From Harriotta raleighana (Eukaryota): DNA of 64,000 nt. Position numbers and translations under genes: made by a program. The DNA lies in assembly GCA_050575255.1 (NCBI GenBank), contig JBNZDD010013718.1:5435605-5499604 (forward strand), written 5' to 3'. This document shows, piece by piece, positions 51,076-64,000 of this stretch (positions are counted from its first letter, which is position 1; the number at the start of each line of letters is the position of its first letter). The notes under the pieces were generated by a model. It saw only the letters and a list, made by a program, of their open reading frames with translations. It was not told the DNA's origin and searched no databases.

Positions 51076-52719
51076 GCTGGCTGAAACTCCCCCCAAATTC
51101 CTCCATACCACCTTGGGAATGGTACATGCAGGGAAAGACAGGAAATTAAGAAAAATAAAGTATTTGGTGAAAAATATGACAGCAACTGTTTTTATAACTT
51201 TGTCTGATATGGAGATGCGGTATATTCTTTACAAGTAAGAATTTAAATTTTTTTAAAATCATATACTGAAAAAGACAGGCCATCAGTAATAGAGATTAAT
51301 ACTGCCACCAAGGGGCAAATGTAGTACATTCATATAATGCAAATATTTCTCCACAAGATTACGGCTCAAAATTCTGGAAACTGTCCTGTTTCAAACATGA
51401 CAAACACTTTAGTAAATTGTGGATTATCTGGAATCACAAAGATAACCTCTACTTTGTAAGAAATACAAAGAAATTACTGAGAGCATTTTGAAATTTGCAA
51501 GACCCAAAAGGATTTGGATGGCATCAGTCATAAAATCACAGGAGAATTAAGCATTTTGGTCTATTTCATCTCATGTTTCTGGGATACCAACCCTGCTGCT
51601 GTATTCCTCTTGGCAGCATCAGCTTCTTAAATTAATCCACTATCCTGACCCCAACTACCTATCGTGATAACTAATCAAACAGTGCAAAGAAATATTTGCT
51701 AGTATCCATTCTAACCAGGTCTTCCACAATCCTGAACCTGTCCCATTCTTATCCTCTCACATTGACAGCTCTTAAATTATTGTTCTAGATTTGCTTTTTT
51801 TATCCAGTGAAAAGTTAACACAAGCATAAGCTTGCAGAGCCAAATGGAATGCTGCTTTCATTCCTTAGACACAAACAATTCTGTACATAAGAACCCTGAG
51901 TCGACTAGCATGGCAGGAGTCAATACTGATACTTTGTCAAAAATCTGTTAAATCTTAGCTGTCCCTTCAATTTCACAAGCCTCCCCAACTTATCAACATT
52001 GTCAAATGTAACTACAGTACTTTGTATTGAGTCTGTGAATCCTGTTCATTTGAGTGCTAAGCCTGATTCTCCTCTCTCATCCCCCAATTCAACCCAGCTC
52101 CCCTTTAACTACTTTATTTTATTCCAGTTAGCCATTTAAACATCCACAGCCTTCCTACCCTCAATACCCACTAACATACAGGAACTTCTTAAACGATTCT
52201 TTGTCAAAGGCTTTTTTTTAGAAAACCTGATCCAGTACATGAAAGTGTCCAATCATGAATTTGCAATGTCACCTCCGCAAAAATCTTACGAGATTGGACA
52301 TCAAAGATCCTTTGAATAGGTTCATATATATTTCACAATTCCTTTCCAGTGCCTTTGGTATTTTTATTCCTCAATACTCAATAAGTATGCCATTTAAGAG
52401 ATTTTTGTGTTTAATCTGTGGCAAATTTATTAGACGACAAATTTTATTGGGTTGAGTCTTATAAGGCGATTTCTCAGTATCAAAGTCAATGATTCATCAT
52501 TGATACACATCTGTAGCAGATAGCTTTAATATTCTCAGTGGAGAAGCCTTTTCTAGTATATTTTATATACAGCAGGACATACTAGTATCTCAATCAGTTA
52601 AGCAATTGAAAGTTTTGGGTTGGAATCCCAGTGGAATACATTTATCCATTCACCCTCTGTGATTGATAGAATAGTCTTGGACACTAGAATAGATTTTTAT
52701 TCTAACCTTTACTTGTCTT

Positions 52720-52975
52720 TCAGATCAGACATTAAACCAACATACAATCTGCCAATTCATGTGGACATTAAAGATCCCATGCCATGGTTTAAAAAACAGT
52801 TTTTTCCCGGTATCCTGAGCAACAATTCCCCAAATAAAATTGGTCATTCATTTAATCACTAATTGTTTGACATTGCTGTGCACAATTGGGTTGCTGCCTG
52901 CATCTGCAAATACACTCCAGTTCACAGTAAACCCTGTGAATTGCTTGGAATGACCTCCTGACAGGAAAGGCACTA
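52720..52975 (+). mobile_element. Old Deu-domain SINE
   Basis: gtggacattaaagatcccatg...cccggtatcctg...gacattgctgtgcacaattgg plus a degenerate L2-like tail. Confidence 0.7.
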
Positions 52976-53012
52976 AACCAAATACTGTACAAACATTTCT
53001 TATAATACTCAC

Positions 53013-53129
53013 CTGTAAGCCCCACTTTCTTTCTGCACGTAAAACAACGATTCTTCTTCTGCTTAGGTTTCTCAGGAGACTTTTCTTGTCCATCAGAAGA
53101 TGTCTGTGCTATTTCTTCTGTTGTGGAAG
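53013..53129 (-). CDS. ZFAND6: ZFAND6 penultimate exon (start of AN1 finger)
   Basis: (A)[38 protein letters not shown](G); 117 nt; donor GTGAGT. Confidence 0.94.
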
Positions 53130-53294
53130 CTATAACAAACACAAAATTGTGAACTTCTTTATTTTAAAAATTAGGAAACATTCTGTACATGCTACTGATA
53201 TATAGCTTTTCTATAGGGAGGGAAGTGAAGGGGCAAGAAACCAATATCACAGACAATATTTGATATACCATATATCCCCAGAAGTAAGGTTTAC

Positions 53295-53531
53295 CTAGGT
53301 CTGGACACTCCTCTATTTTCCTTTTGGCCCTCCGGGATACCTCCTCCAGGGTCATGCAGTCATCTGCCTCGCTCTCTGTACTAGCATCATAATTGTACCC
53401 TGTGTCTGTGTTCTTTGAAGAGCTGGAGTAATCTGAACTATCCATCGAACAGTCTTCACAATTACTCCCTACTAATGATTTTTCACAACTGTCCAACGTT
53501 GCTCTCTCTACCTGCTGGTTCCCACCCAAAT
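53295..53531 (-). CDS. ZFAND6: Putative additional in-frame ZFAND6 exon (79 codons)
   Basis: Acceptor tttgattttatggcag, donor AG|GTAAAC, 237 nt, phase 1-1 matching both neighbours, no stop in frame, more GC-rich than flanks. Confidence 0.7.
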
Positions 53532-53941
53532 CTGCCATAAAATCAAATGAGTTGAATTTTCAGCCACCTTGAAGTTGAATTAGTGTAAATAAGCATACAA
53601 CTCTGACTGAAAAGTTTTACCAATAAAATAATGCGTTGATATGCAAGCAAATGCCAAGTTAAATATTTCTAGCAAAGATACAAACTAAAGTATAGTAGAA
53701 AATGTTTTAAGTAAATTATCCTGAAATTTGTAAATTGTATTTATAATAAATTGACTCCCCTTGAACTGCATGATTGCATGCAATTCTAAAAAATAATTCC
53801 CCATCTATAAAGTTCAACAAAATAGAATGTGAACTGTTTATGATTAACTTGATTCCCTTTGTTATGTGTGTTTAAATTGAACCTAATTTATAGTGTGATG
53901 TATTCTAAATAGTCTTTAAATAGCATTCCATACAGAATTAC

Positions 53942-54051
53942 CCTGCAAGTCCTTTTTAAGTATTGCTTGGTTTTCTTCTGGATGTTCCCCATCACTCTGG
54001 GTATTTGCTACAGATTCTTGGGATAATAGCAGCAACTGGTTGGGCACCGAC
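53942..54051 (-). CDS. ZFAND6: ZFAND6 third coding exon (linker)
   Basis: (R)SVPNQLLLLSQESVANTQSDGEHPEENQAILKKDLQ; 110 nt; phase 2-1; resembles recalled PVSNQSLLSESVASSQ...EDVQ. Confidence 0.88.
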
Positions 54052-55129
54052 CTAAAGCAGAGTTATGTGATAAAATTAAAATACATAGTTTTAAAATGTA
54101 ATTTACACACACTCATTTAACAACTAAAAATATAAGGAGAAACATGATGCCATCAATACCATTATTGCATGGTTTTGTGGCATAATAAAAAATAAGTGCT
54201 ATTCGACATTGTTCTCCTCAGAAATGACTGAACTTGATCATCCCCGGGTTATTAATATGATTTTCTTTGCATTCTTCAAAGGGACCATTTGTATCCAGAG
54301 CTTCTGCTCTTTTAGTAATAGTAAGGTGTAATATCATGTCCACTGGTATAAACAAAGCTGTTATATTTTGTGGCAAGCAAATTATCCTGCAAAACTCTTC
54401 CTCTCCAAATGTATTTGTGGGGCAGTATAGACTATGATTAGCTGAGTCAGAAAACTTATTGTAGCTAATATTTTAGTGATCAGAAATATTCAGATGTGCC
54501 AGAGGAATTGACAAATTACTGTTCAGTGAACAGGAGGAGGGTGGGGGCTAATCCTTTTTCCTCCAAAATAATCTGATGCCAACATTTTATAAGATTTCTA
54601 TTTATGGTCAACAACACCAAATACAGCAAACACTACCACTTTTAATTTTGGAAAGTATTGGGAGGTGGGGGGAGGAGAATGCCTCTTACACAGTACAATA
54701 ACCATCCTGCATTATGATAGAGTTTACAATTTAAAAAAAATGTACGTACCATTGGGACATTACAAAGAAACGTCATTTGTGAATCCAGAATTAAATAAAC
54801 TAGTCAACAAGAATGGATACTAACAATTTTAGATTTCTTTAGTGGATCAATAATTAGCTTAAATAGTGAAAGATTTTATAATAACCTAACATTTCCTACC
54901 TGTGCCTTGACTACTATATACAAAGATGCTATACTTTGCTTCAAACATATGCCTATTATTCAAATGACTTCCTATTACTGTACCCAAATGTAAATACTTC
55001 CAATTCAATACAGTTACAGTACAAGGAAACTTAATCTGGACCGCACAAATATTACAAATTTAGAACCTATAAAAAATACTGGAACAATTGTTCTTCAAAA
55101 CTTTAGTGGGGGGTGTGGGAGGAGGAGTT

Positions 55130-55490
55130 CAGTCAATGGAGATTGTGAGTTGGGACTCATAGTCTAAGATGACACTTCATTGCAGTGTTGGGAGTGTGCT
55201 GCATTGCTGGAGGTTAAACTGAGGCCCCATTTGTCACTTTAGATGGACGTTAAAGATCCTATGGCACCATTTGAAAAAAGAAGGGAGTTTCTTCCAGTGT
55301 CCTGACTATCAATTCAAATAAGAATTAGTCATTCGCTTTATGCCTGTTCGTAGGACATTGCTGTGTACAAATTGGCTGCCGCATTTGCCCACAAAACACA
55401 ATCACTACACTTTATAGTATATTGTGTGAGGCACATGGAGACATCCTTGCCACTTGAAAGGCACTATATTGCATGTAAGGATTACTAATA
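55130..55490 (+). mobile_element. Old Deu-domain SINE, nearly complete
   Basis: tgcagtgttgggagtgtgctgcattgctggagg..ttaaactgaggcccc...gatggacgttaaagatcctatggcac...gggagtttcttccagtgtcctg, then the shared 3' body and tail. Confidence 0.78.
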
Positions 55491-56390
55491 CTGTATAATG
55501 TAAGAAGCTCACAAATATTTTACTGAGGGTTGACTTCTTACAACAGCTAAATTTTCTTACATCTTAATGGAAATAACTGGGACATTTACAAACATTCTAA
55601 TACGATGTAGTTTTAATACTAATTTCATCCTGGATCACATTTTCTAACTTTCTTCTAAGCTTTTCCTATTTCTCATTTAATTAATTAATTTATTCTTTGG
55701 CCCCTTCTCTTACCTCTTCCTTCCCTTTCTTCCCTCTCTTTTAATAGTTCTTCCCTTCTTCTCTTTTTGCTTTCTTCCCCTTTTCCCTCTTCCCAATATT
55801 GGTTGTGGACTGAAGATTAAGTAAACATAACAATTGATATATTCCTTCTTCATTGGTTTCCTTTTATCTATCCCTTGCTTTAATAAATGAAGAAAAACAC
55901 AAACAAATACATCACAAATACCTTATTCAGAAATATATTGCTGTAATTAGAGTAGTTTAAAAATGCAATATTTAGTGCATCAGAGAAAATTTCCTTTAAT
56001 GCCCAATATGGTTTCTTTGATGAAGCCAGCAGAGTATTTGAGTGAAACCAGCTGTTAATAATTGTCGATGAAACAATTCTCCAAAAGGCACTATATCACA
56101 AGCAAGGCTAATTATTTATTATAAATGAAGAGTGGTGAGACAAAGCTGGAGATGGAGCCTCAAACAGTTGGCAGGCGGGCGGACAGAGAACTGTCCTGTA
56201 TTCCTGAATCGCAAAGTAAACCCTGAATCAAAAGCACTCTGGACAAATGTTTATCCAGCTGCAAGATAGAATAATGTTGCTGACTCCATGATATACTGAT
56301 AAAAATGCAATAATTTGGCCACAATTTATTTTGTGTTACATCAGAAATATTTACAGTGTGCCCAATTATTATTTTTTAGTCAATTGGGTA

Positions 56391-56576
56391 TCTGACACTT
56401 GAGGAAACCCATCACCATGCTTAAGAGTATCCAAACCAAACAGAGTTCAATGCATCCCACCAATATTCCAAAGATATTTGTTGGAATGTGCATTTTCTCC
56501 CTGTAAGGCCACATCCTACTTACCTAATTCTGGAATGTATTAAGCGCAGGTTAGCAACAGCCAAGGCTTGGGGACC
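56391..56576 (-). repeat. Unclassified interspersed repeat, copy B (inverted relative to copy A)
   Basis: Reverse complement aligns with 50889-51075. Confidence 0.8.
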
Positions 56577-57805
56577 TAATTAAGATATATACTGCCAAAG
56601 ACATTAGGAATTTTTAAATTGCTACTAGTTAAATCAGTAAATCAAAAATAACCTATCTTAATATTTGTAAGGAGAGTTGTGGTACAGTACAAAGAATATA
56701 CAGGAATCTCTCTCTTACACACACATACAGAATATTTCAATAATTAATCAAGGGTTTCTTTTACAGTCACTCTTCAAGAAACAAACCAAAACATCTGATT
56801 CAGTTTTATACTTTGTTCATTATTATCATGCATTTACTCAATTATTTCCCGAACCACACAGTGAGATGAGATTACAGTAATTTTATTTGTGTTCAACAGA
56901 ATATTCAAATTAATATTTATCATGTTGTGTCTTCCGAAAGGTCCTTAGAGTACATTTGTTCTAAAGTCGCCTCCCAGGCTTTGTTTGCATACCTTATGAT
57001 AAGATAGTAATTGAAGCTGAGTTAAAATCAAGAGAAATACCTAGACAACTGTTTGATTGTTCAATATATGCAAGAGCATGCTGCATCAGCCACATCTACA
57101 ATAAATACAATGTTTACATGGACAATAAGCATTGGTCCGAAACACTGATTGTCCAGTGTCTTGGGATGTCCTCCTGACAAGAAAGATGCTGTGGAAATGC
57201 AATTTTCTCGTTGTTATTGTTGCACGGAGCTCTGTATTAGAGTTTACATTTTCCATAAATTTGTCAATTATTGAGGTTCTTGTGACTAATTTGCAAGTCT
57301 AGTATGGTTTACTAATAGAATTTTGGACTTCTGCTCAGGTAGTTAAGTTCTGTTGGTCTTTTTCTCTGTCTTATATTAAATCACAACAGACATAATATGC
57401 CAAATGGCCTTCCCATGTACAGTTCTATAATCTTCTCATGTTTCTATAAAGGTGGTGGTAGCAGATAAAATACTGCTCTGGCTTTCTCAATTCATCCTTG
57501 ATATATCTGATCCCAGACTGTCTCCCACTAATAGTTTTAAAGATCAAAGACAGAGAAAACCAGGTGATTGCACAAATGATTTACAGATTTCACAATTACA
57601 GCATTTGACTATTCAGATGAATGCTTAAAATTATACAATTCGATGCATGCAAGACAAAAATTATGAAGCATCTTTTGTACATAATATTTATTTATTCTAA
57701 GTAGGTGAGAAAGAGATACTCCTTTAATTTTTTCCTGTTAATTTATCGGAAGCAAAGCTAGTCATTCTTAATAGAGAACTCGAGTGAGGTGCTATGCTCA
57801 CTTAC

Positions 57806-57914
57806 CTTGACTGCTCAGATGTAGATGAAGAAAATGATGATGGTACTTCTGGGGGATTCCCTTCTGTACATTGAACAGGATAGGTTTCTGCTAAACTGGT
57901 GCAATTAGCAGATG
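57806..57914 (-). CDS. ZFAND6: ZFAND6 second coding exon
   Basis: (A)SANCTSLAETYPVQCTEGNPPEVPSSFSSSTSEQS(R); 109 nt; PVQCT.G motif of ZFAND6; donor GTAAGT. Confidence 0.92.
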
Positions 57915-58337
57915 CTGTGCAAAAGCATAAATAAATTAATCTGTACTCAAACTATACCCATAAAATACTATGTCGCATTACAATGTTTAGAATTTTCATT
58001 TGAATGTTTTCTTTGTAGATATCCAAATACACAATGATCTGATAAAAATCGGACTGGAAGGTGTTTTCCAATGAAATAAAATTAATCTTCACTTTGGTGC
58101 AAGGGAAGATTATGCTCTGTGAATCAACAACTGCTTTTACAGCATATCTGATTCTGTGATAAGGGAGTTTGTCTTTAGAATGTACAAAAACAAATTTCCA
58201 TCACAGTCCCACCAGAGCCTAAATATTCAATTAAACCAAAATAACTTAGCAACAAAACTGCTATGGATTTACTATTAAAATGAATTTAGGGCTCAGCTTA
58301 CTACAAAAACTATTTCTTTAGCATAAAAGGTATTTAC

Positions 58338-58488
58338 CAGGAGGGCTGATCCTGCCGTTACTGTTTTGCCTTTGAAGAAAGTCCTTATAGCATATAGAAC
58401 ACATGCCATTTGTGCGTGGGTTACCATAGAATCCACAACCAGTGGTACATAGCATAGGCACTTGAGTTTGATTGGTTTCTTGAGCCAT
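58338..58488 (-). CDS. ZFAND6: ZFAND6 first coding exon (A20-type zinc finger)
   Basis: [50 protein letters not shown]; 151 nt. Acceptor 7 nt upstream of the ATG; non-coding exons and promoter probably lie beyond the right edge. Confidence 0.95.
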
Positions 58489-59374
58489 ATCCCTCCTACA
58501 AACCTATCAAAAAAGATAGAAACCACTGAGAAATAAAATTATAGCCAATTCACAATAATTAAGCTACATTAAATCAGAAAAATAACATCACTTTATGATC
58601 TTTGTTATAAGGTCTGTATTAAATTACTGATACAGACTGGTAAACGTTGTTTGTATTTATTCACAACTTCTGGTCAATTGGTTGGAACTACTGCTATGTT
58701 TACTGATTTTTTAATTTGAAAACAAATACTGCAGACTTAATGTAGCTCTCAATTACCCCTGTGAGTTCTAAGCATTAATAAAAAATTGTGAAACGATTAG
58801 TCATCTGCTCACAAGCATCACGTCTTACAAAAGTAAAGTGTTACTTTACAAAGATTCATAATGTAGATGTTCAGTAGAAAGGAAGTGATATTGGCACAAA
58901 TTTTGCAAGAGACTAACTGGAAGATGCCACCTCAAAGATTCAGCAATCCATTTGGTTTCGGAAAAGTAACTCTTGCAGCACATCCAAGACATGATACAAA
59001 TATACTCTAAAAGGACGGTCTGAAGTTTAAAAAATACAATAGTTCCTCCATTTACTAAATTTTATAAATGGATGAATTCAGAGCATATTGTACCAGGGTT
59101 CTGTTCAATAATTCTCCACCAGTAACCTTAAAACATATACAACAAAGTCCTTGGAACAAAATCAGTCTCCCAGCATTTACCTTTCTGAAATTTTCCTTCC
59201 TTGTGCCCCCAACTGCAAATCAGCCTTACCCCCCTTAGGTTTCATACTTATTGTTTTGTAAGCACAAGGCTACCTATCAGTCAATGTGATGTCATGTCAG
59301 CAAGCCCCCAACCACAACACACTAGCCAATGCAGATAAAATATGAGTGAAAAAACACATGATGAATCTCCAATT

Positions 59375-59950
59375 CCCGACCTTCAATTGGATCTAAAATG
59401 TTCTCTCCATCTTGAGTGATGGGCTTCTAACAACATCCATTATAAAACTGGATTCTAAACACTTATTTTTTCCCCAAAGACTACATTCTTCTCCATCCAT
59501 CCACCCCCCCACCACCCCCTATCTGTTTGCTCCTATTCCACTTACTGCGCTCGAGCTTCTGAAATAGATTTTCCAGCTCCATCATGAATTCCTCTCGTAC
59601 ACTTTAAAAGTTCATTGATTGTAGCTGTCACATTTGTGCCCCTCCATCCTCAAACTCTCCTTATCCCTTCACAGTTGACAAGAATTCCTCTGGTTCTCAT
59701 CTTTCATTCCAGCTTTGGTATCTACCAGATTGACAGCCTGTTTTTCAGTCTATTAGTCATCTTTCACTCCTGGCTTTCAAGAAGAACCAATCCCTCCATT
59801 ACACTATTATTTCCTTCCGCATCACCACCAACAGCTGTCCCCTCATTTACAGCAGATGCAATGTCAGTTTCTCCCTAAACCACTCCATGGCCCCAAGCTT
59901 CTTTTTCCATGAAAAAAAACTGCAGCTCATCATCATCCTGCAATCTTATA
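59375..59950 (+). mobile_element. Highly degenerate Penelope-like retroelement ORF fragment
   Basis: Remnant motifs LDL...DG.L.T.(HY)K..DS..YL near 59387-59470 and RIPLVLIFH near 59680-59707, recalling PLE 'YxKPTDSHxYL' and 'RxPLVLTYHP'. Confidence 0.45.
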
Positions 59951-60945
59951 CACCACACTTAAAATAGATACTCATCTATAAATTGGTGAAACAAGGGGGC
60001 AATTTAAAGACTACTTTGCTGGACATTTCCATTATTTTGTATATGTGATCCCCAATTTCCCTATGACTGCAACTCCCAACTCTAATAGGTTTATAGTTAA
60101 GCTCCTACATTGTTCCACTGAACTCAATTCAAATTATTTCAAACAATATCTTCTTAACCTCAAAGCCTTCAATAAAAAAAGTAAACTTAGCACCTTTATT
60201 TTTTTTTAAAAACTTCCTCCCCGAGTCTCACTGTTATTCGACACCTCTTATTTGTGTCTCATCTACTTTTATAAAACCTCCATTAATATTCCAGAGTTTT
60301 AATGATTGAAAATCATTCAGGGAGCAACTTTTTTTATATAACAAAAGAGGCTCCCAAGCCCCAAACATAGTTCAGATAATAATAGTTCCATGATCAAAAT
60401 GTTAGCCTGGCTTTCGCTTTCAGATCAGTGAATGATTGACTTGATCTGGATTTCCAGTGTTTCTACTCTCAGTTTCAGATAGTGAAGGAACTTCCAATCC
60501 TTCTGGACCAGGGTTGCTCTACCCTTTCAAAACCTGTACAGCATGGAATCAAGGCACTTGGCCCTACCACTGGTGTTGGTGTTTACGCCACATGATGTAG
60601 AGTCAACCTTTAAATGTGGAAATAAATACTATATTAAATGTTGATTATAAATGTTGCAGCAAGTGTTGTGCTTTAATCTTTTGGGTAGTAATATTTCTCC
60701 TCTAGTTTCCCAGATGATCCTGTAAGCAGACTTTCTCATCTTCTATGATCTGACAGCCGTCACAAATACACCATCACGACACTTTACAGTATATTCTGTG
60801 AAGTGCTTTGAGATAATGATGAGGTAACTCACTGTATCAAATGTATGGATTATGATCATTTATACCATACATCTGCTTTTGAACTCGTAATAGGATTGAA
60901 CTAGGAATACACAAGATTTAGTTTGATAGTGCACACCAGATCGTG

Positions 60946-61247
60946 GAGTTCTGTAGCTCAGCGGTTAGAGCACTTGTCTTGCTAGCAGGAGTCCTGGGTT
61001 TGATTCCAGGCAGGTGGGGGCGAAACCTAGGGCAAGTTTCCTTATTCCACATGCCTGATAATAATCCCTCGAAAAATACAATAATAAATTAGCCATTTCA
61101 ATTGACGACTATTTGTGGGACATTGCTGGGCGCAATTGGCTACCACATTTTCACGCACAAAAATACAATCAATTCACTTTATAGTATATTCTGTGAAGCG
61201 CTTTGATACATCTGGAAGATGTGAAAAGCGCTATGTATTATTATTAT
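60946..61247 (+). mobile_element. Full-length tRNA-derived SINE
   Basis: gagttctgtagctcagcggttagagc head, body and (ATT)n tail as in the other copies. Confidence 0.88.
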
Positions 61248-64000
61248 ATCTTCTCAGAATGGGTTTAGAACGCGGCGATGTACTCCCAAAATGAAAGGTG
61301 TTACGTAAATACAATTTGTTTTTGTATCAGTAGGTAGTATAGTACAAGCTACATACTGGTTTATTTACAAAATAAATGTTATACACTGTACAATACTATT
61401 GTCAAGTAGGCTTTGTCATAGTACATTCAAAAACACATTTGTTTTGTAGGTTTCTTCCTTGGGCACTTCTTGAATTTTTCTTCCATCTAAAAACACTCTA
61501 CATCCTCATTTCATTTAATTGAGAAGTGGGATTGAGTCTCTGGTAAGAACTAAAAGATATTAAAAGGGAAAAAAATATTAGTTTTCTGACTATGCTACAA
61601 GCATGTTCAATGAGTAATGAGAAGTAATCAACTAAGTAGAAGTAAATGGAATGTCTTGGGATTAGGGAGCATAATGCTGTTACGTTTTGGCTGGAAATAA
61701 AATGAAGCCTACCTAAAGTTAATTTAAGATGACACCAGACAATTCTAACATTATTGAACAACAAGCACCTCAGGGTACCAATATTGTTTTTCAGCAGGCT
61801 ACCAGAGTATAATATGGAAGAATTCATGACAATACACTTGTCTAATCTCAAATGTTGAGTTTCATGCTTGCAAAATAAGATTCAATGGGACCCAATTTGC
61901 AACTTTCACAAAATAGATTATTTTATTTATTTTTATTTATTGTATTTATATAGCGCCTTTCACGTCAGGAGGACGCTGAGCTAGTTACAAGTTTGTGAAT
62001 TTCAGTTCATGTATTTAAAATAAAATCTTACTCGGTGCAAGGATAAAGGTTATAATAATCATAATCCCTTATCACATTGTTGAAATGTCACAATGTGCTT
62101 CGCAGAATATATTGTAAAATAAATTGACTATATTGACAGTATTTTGTGAGAAAAATATGAATATAAATGAACAGAAATAGAAATAGGAATGAACAGATGA
62201 AATAACCAGCAATTCAAATAATCTATGGTTTGCTTGTTGGTCTTTCATTGAGACATCTGCTTTTAGAAACAAAAATCAACATTTTTGTAAAATGATTTTT
62301 ACAAATCTCATAAATTAAATGGCTTCTGAAAATGCTAATCAAAGTTTACAATAATAATAACAACGTTCCTTACATTTGATCCTAAAATACAGCTAGTCCC
62401 GTTCAGTCCCTAATGTAATAAATGTGATAAAAGTTTTGGCCTGTTCATTTAAAAAGATGGTGTTGCAATCACCAATGATATACTTTGAGCATGTACACAG
62501 CCTTTGAATGCTTTTTTCTAGCCCTTATAATTATCACTATTTAAATAGTAAAAGCAGAAACAAGAAAATAGGCTGGGAGGAATATTAGGCAGATTTGAAG
62601 GTCCATCTATTGGAAGTTGACAATGTCATTGTGCCATTCGCAGCCAGTAAATCTGAATTTTAAAAAAGTGTCAGATAGAACTTTTAGTTTAGTCTCTCCA
62701 GCTTGTTATGTAAATTAACCAATTTACTTTAATCCACCCTCCTATTCGACTGTGGTGAATTGTGGATTTCCAACCAGGATTTCAGGTATATCTTAAGACA
62801 AGATAATCGTGCCATCTTGAAAACAATGTTTCAAATGAAGTTCTAAGTGACTTACAAGGATCTTGACAAGGTGGTATATGGGAAAATATATTTACTGGAC
62901 AGACATTTGCAAAAACAGTCACAAACCAGCTAAACGTCAATCTATAAAACCTTTGCTCAACAAATTCAATGAAGCAAATAGAATAGCATTACTAATTACT
63001 AATTGTACTACTGTACTGTAAAAGAACATTTGTTTCAAACAAAAAACATATAACAATGCTATATTTACAAGATTCCACATGTATATCTATCATCAATCAC
63101 TTTATCATTCAAAACAGTTAGGTTATAAAATGAATTTCATAAACTACATAAATGCAGTAACTTTAAAAAAATTAATTACTTAAAATTATTCTATATGTGT
63201 ATATGTAATTAATCAACAGAAGAATGAAGCAAAAGCAAGTACTGTAACTTTATTTTCAAGCCTATTTGGTATAGGTTTAGCACAGTCATACACATACATA
63301 CATTTGATCCAGTTGCTCAAATCCTGTTATATCAGACTGCTGACATTGCGGTACCAACAAAACACTAAAGTAATTTTAGGCTTCAGTTTATCAGCTGGAC
63401 AACAGAAATAATTGCTGTGTTGTCACGTTGTCGCTGGGGGAAAACCAATACAGTACATTCATCCAAGAAACTTTACCACATAGCTAGATAATCAAGTTTT
63501 TTTTTCACAAAGTAACAATATCATAATTTTTCTTCTCACCTCTGGACAGTGTAGCAAATTGGTAGCAATTGTTAGTTGATTACACTAAAACTGAACAACT
63601 TCATAAAACGAAACTGATTAGCTAACCAAACATTTAAAGGCTGCATTTATGTTTTGCTCATTTCACAGCTATAGCATAATCCATATTTTTAATAAGAAAT
63701 ACCCTGATTAGATTTACAGCACAAAATCTATATCCTTTTTGCATCTTTCTGAAGGAAAGCAAATTAACAGGCTGAAAGATCCAACATCATTATACAATAA
63801 TACTCATGCTGTTAATTTGCAATTGATTTTGTCAACACGATTAGACCTGAACAATTGATATTAAATGCATCTTTCCAAAGAAAATTAGTTCAGACCCGTT
63901 AAATTGCAATATAACATAAAAATGTATTATAAAATATACAATTGCACTTTCTACCCAGCTCAGAGTTTCCTTGGGTGCATCCAGGCACTAAATTGCCATC

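Noticed and set aside
53164-53538. Stand-alone 124-aa gene suggested by the ORF track
   Set aside because: Its ATG lies within the splice acceptor and the part beyond the 53294 donor reads as intron; it fits better as an internal ZFAND6 exon.
47771-58488. Calling the A20/AN1 gene ZFAND5
   Set aside because: Adjacency to FAH, the PVQCT linker, KPKQKKNR and the VVGEKIQKI terminus favour ZFAND6.

Overview
Vertebrate (eukaryotic) genomic DNA, AT-rich, with spliced genes. It carries the conserved block ARNT2(-) / CTXND1(+) / FAH(-) / ZFAND6(-), the same order and relative orientation as human 15q25. I traced by hand all 14 coding exons of FAH (418 aa), all coding exons of ZFAND6 (211 aa, or 290 aa with an extra exon), the single coding exon of CTXND1 (63 aa) and the first coding exon of ARNT2. 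The repeat content suggests a cartilaginous fish, plausibly a chimaera (inference): tRNA-headed Deu-type SINEs with L2 tails, L2 and CR1 3' fragments, Penelope-like relics, a hAT MITE and a solo LTR. I see no evidence of a wholly new multi-gene system. The best leads are a 237-nt frame-preserving extra exon in ZFAND6, inverted intronic repeats flanking those ZFAND6 exons, an ARNT2 5' end apparently lacking the usual coding exon 1, a ZFAND5-like AN1 finger in ZFAND6, and an overlapping uORF on CTXND1. Three single-N sites with flanking duplications look like assembly artefacts. All homology statements are from recalled sequences, not database searches.
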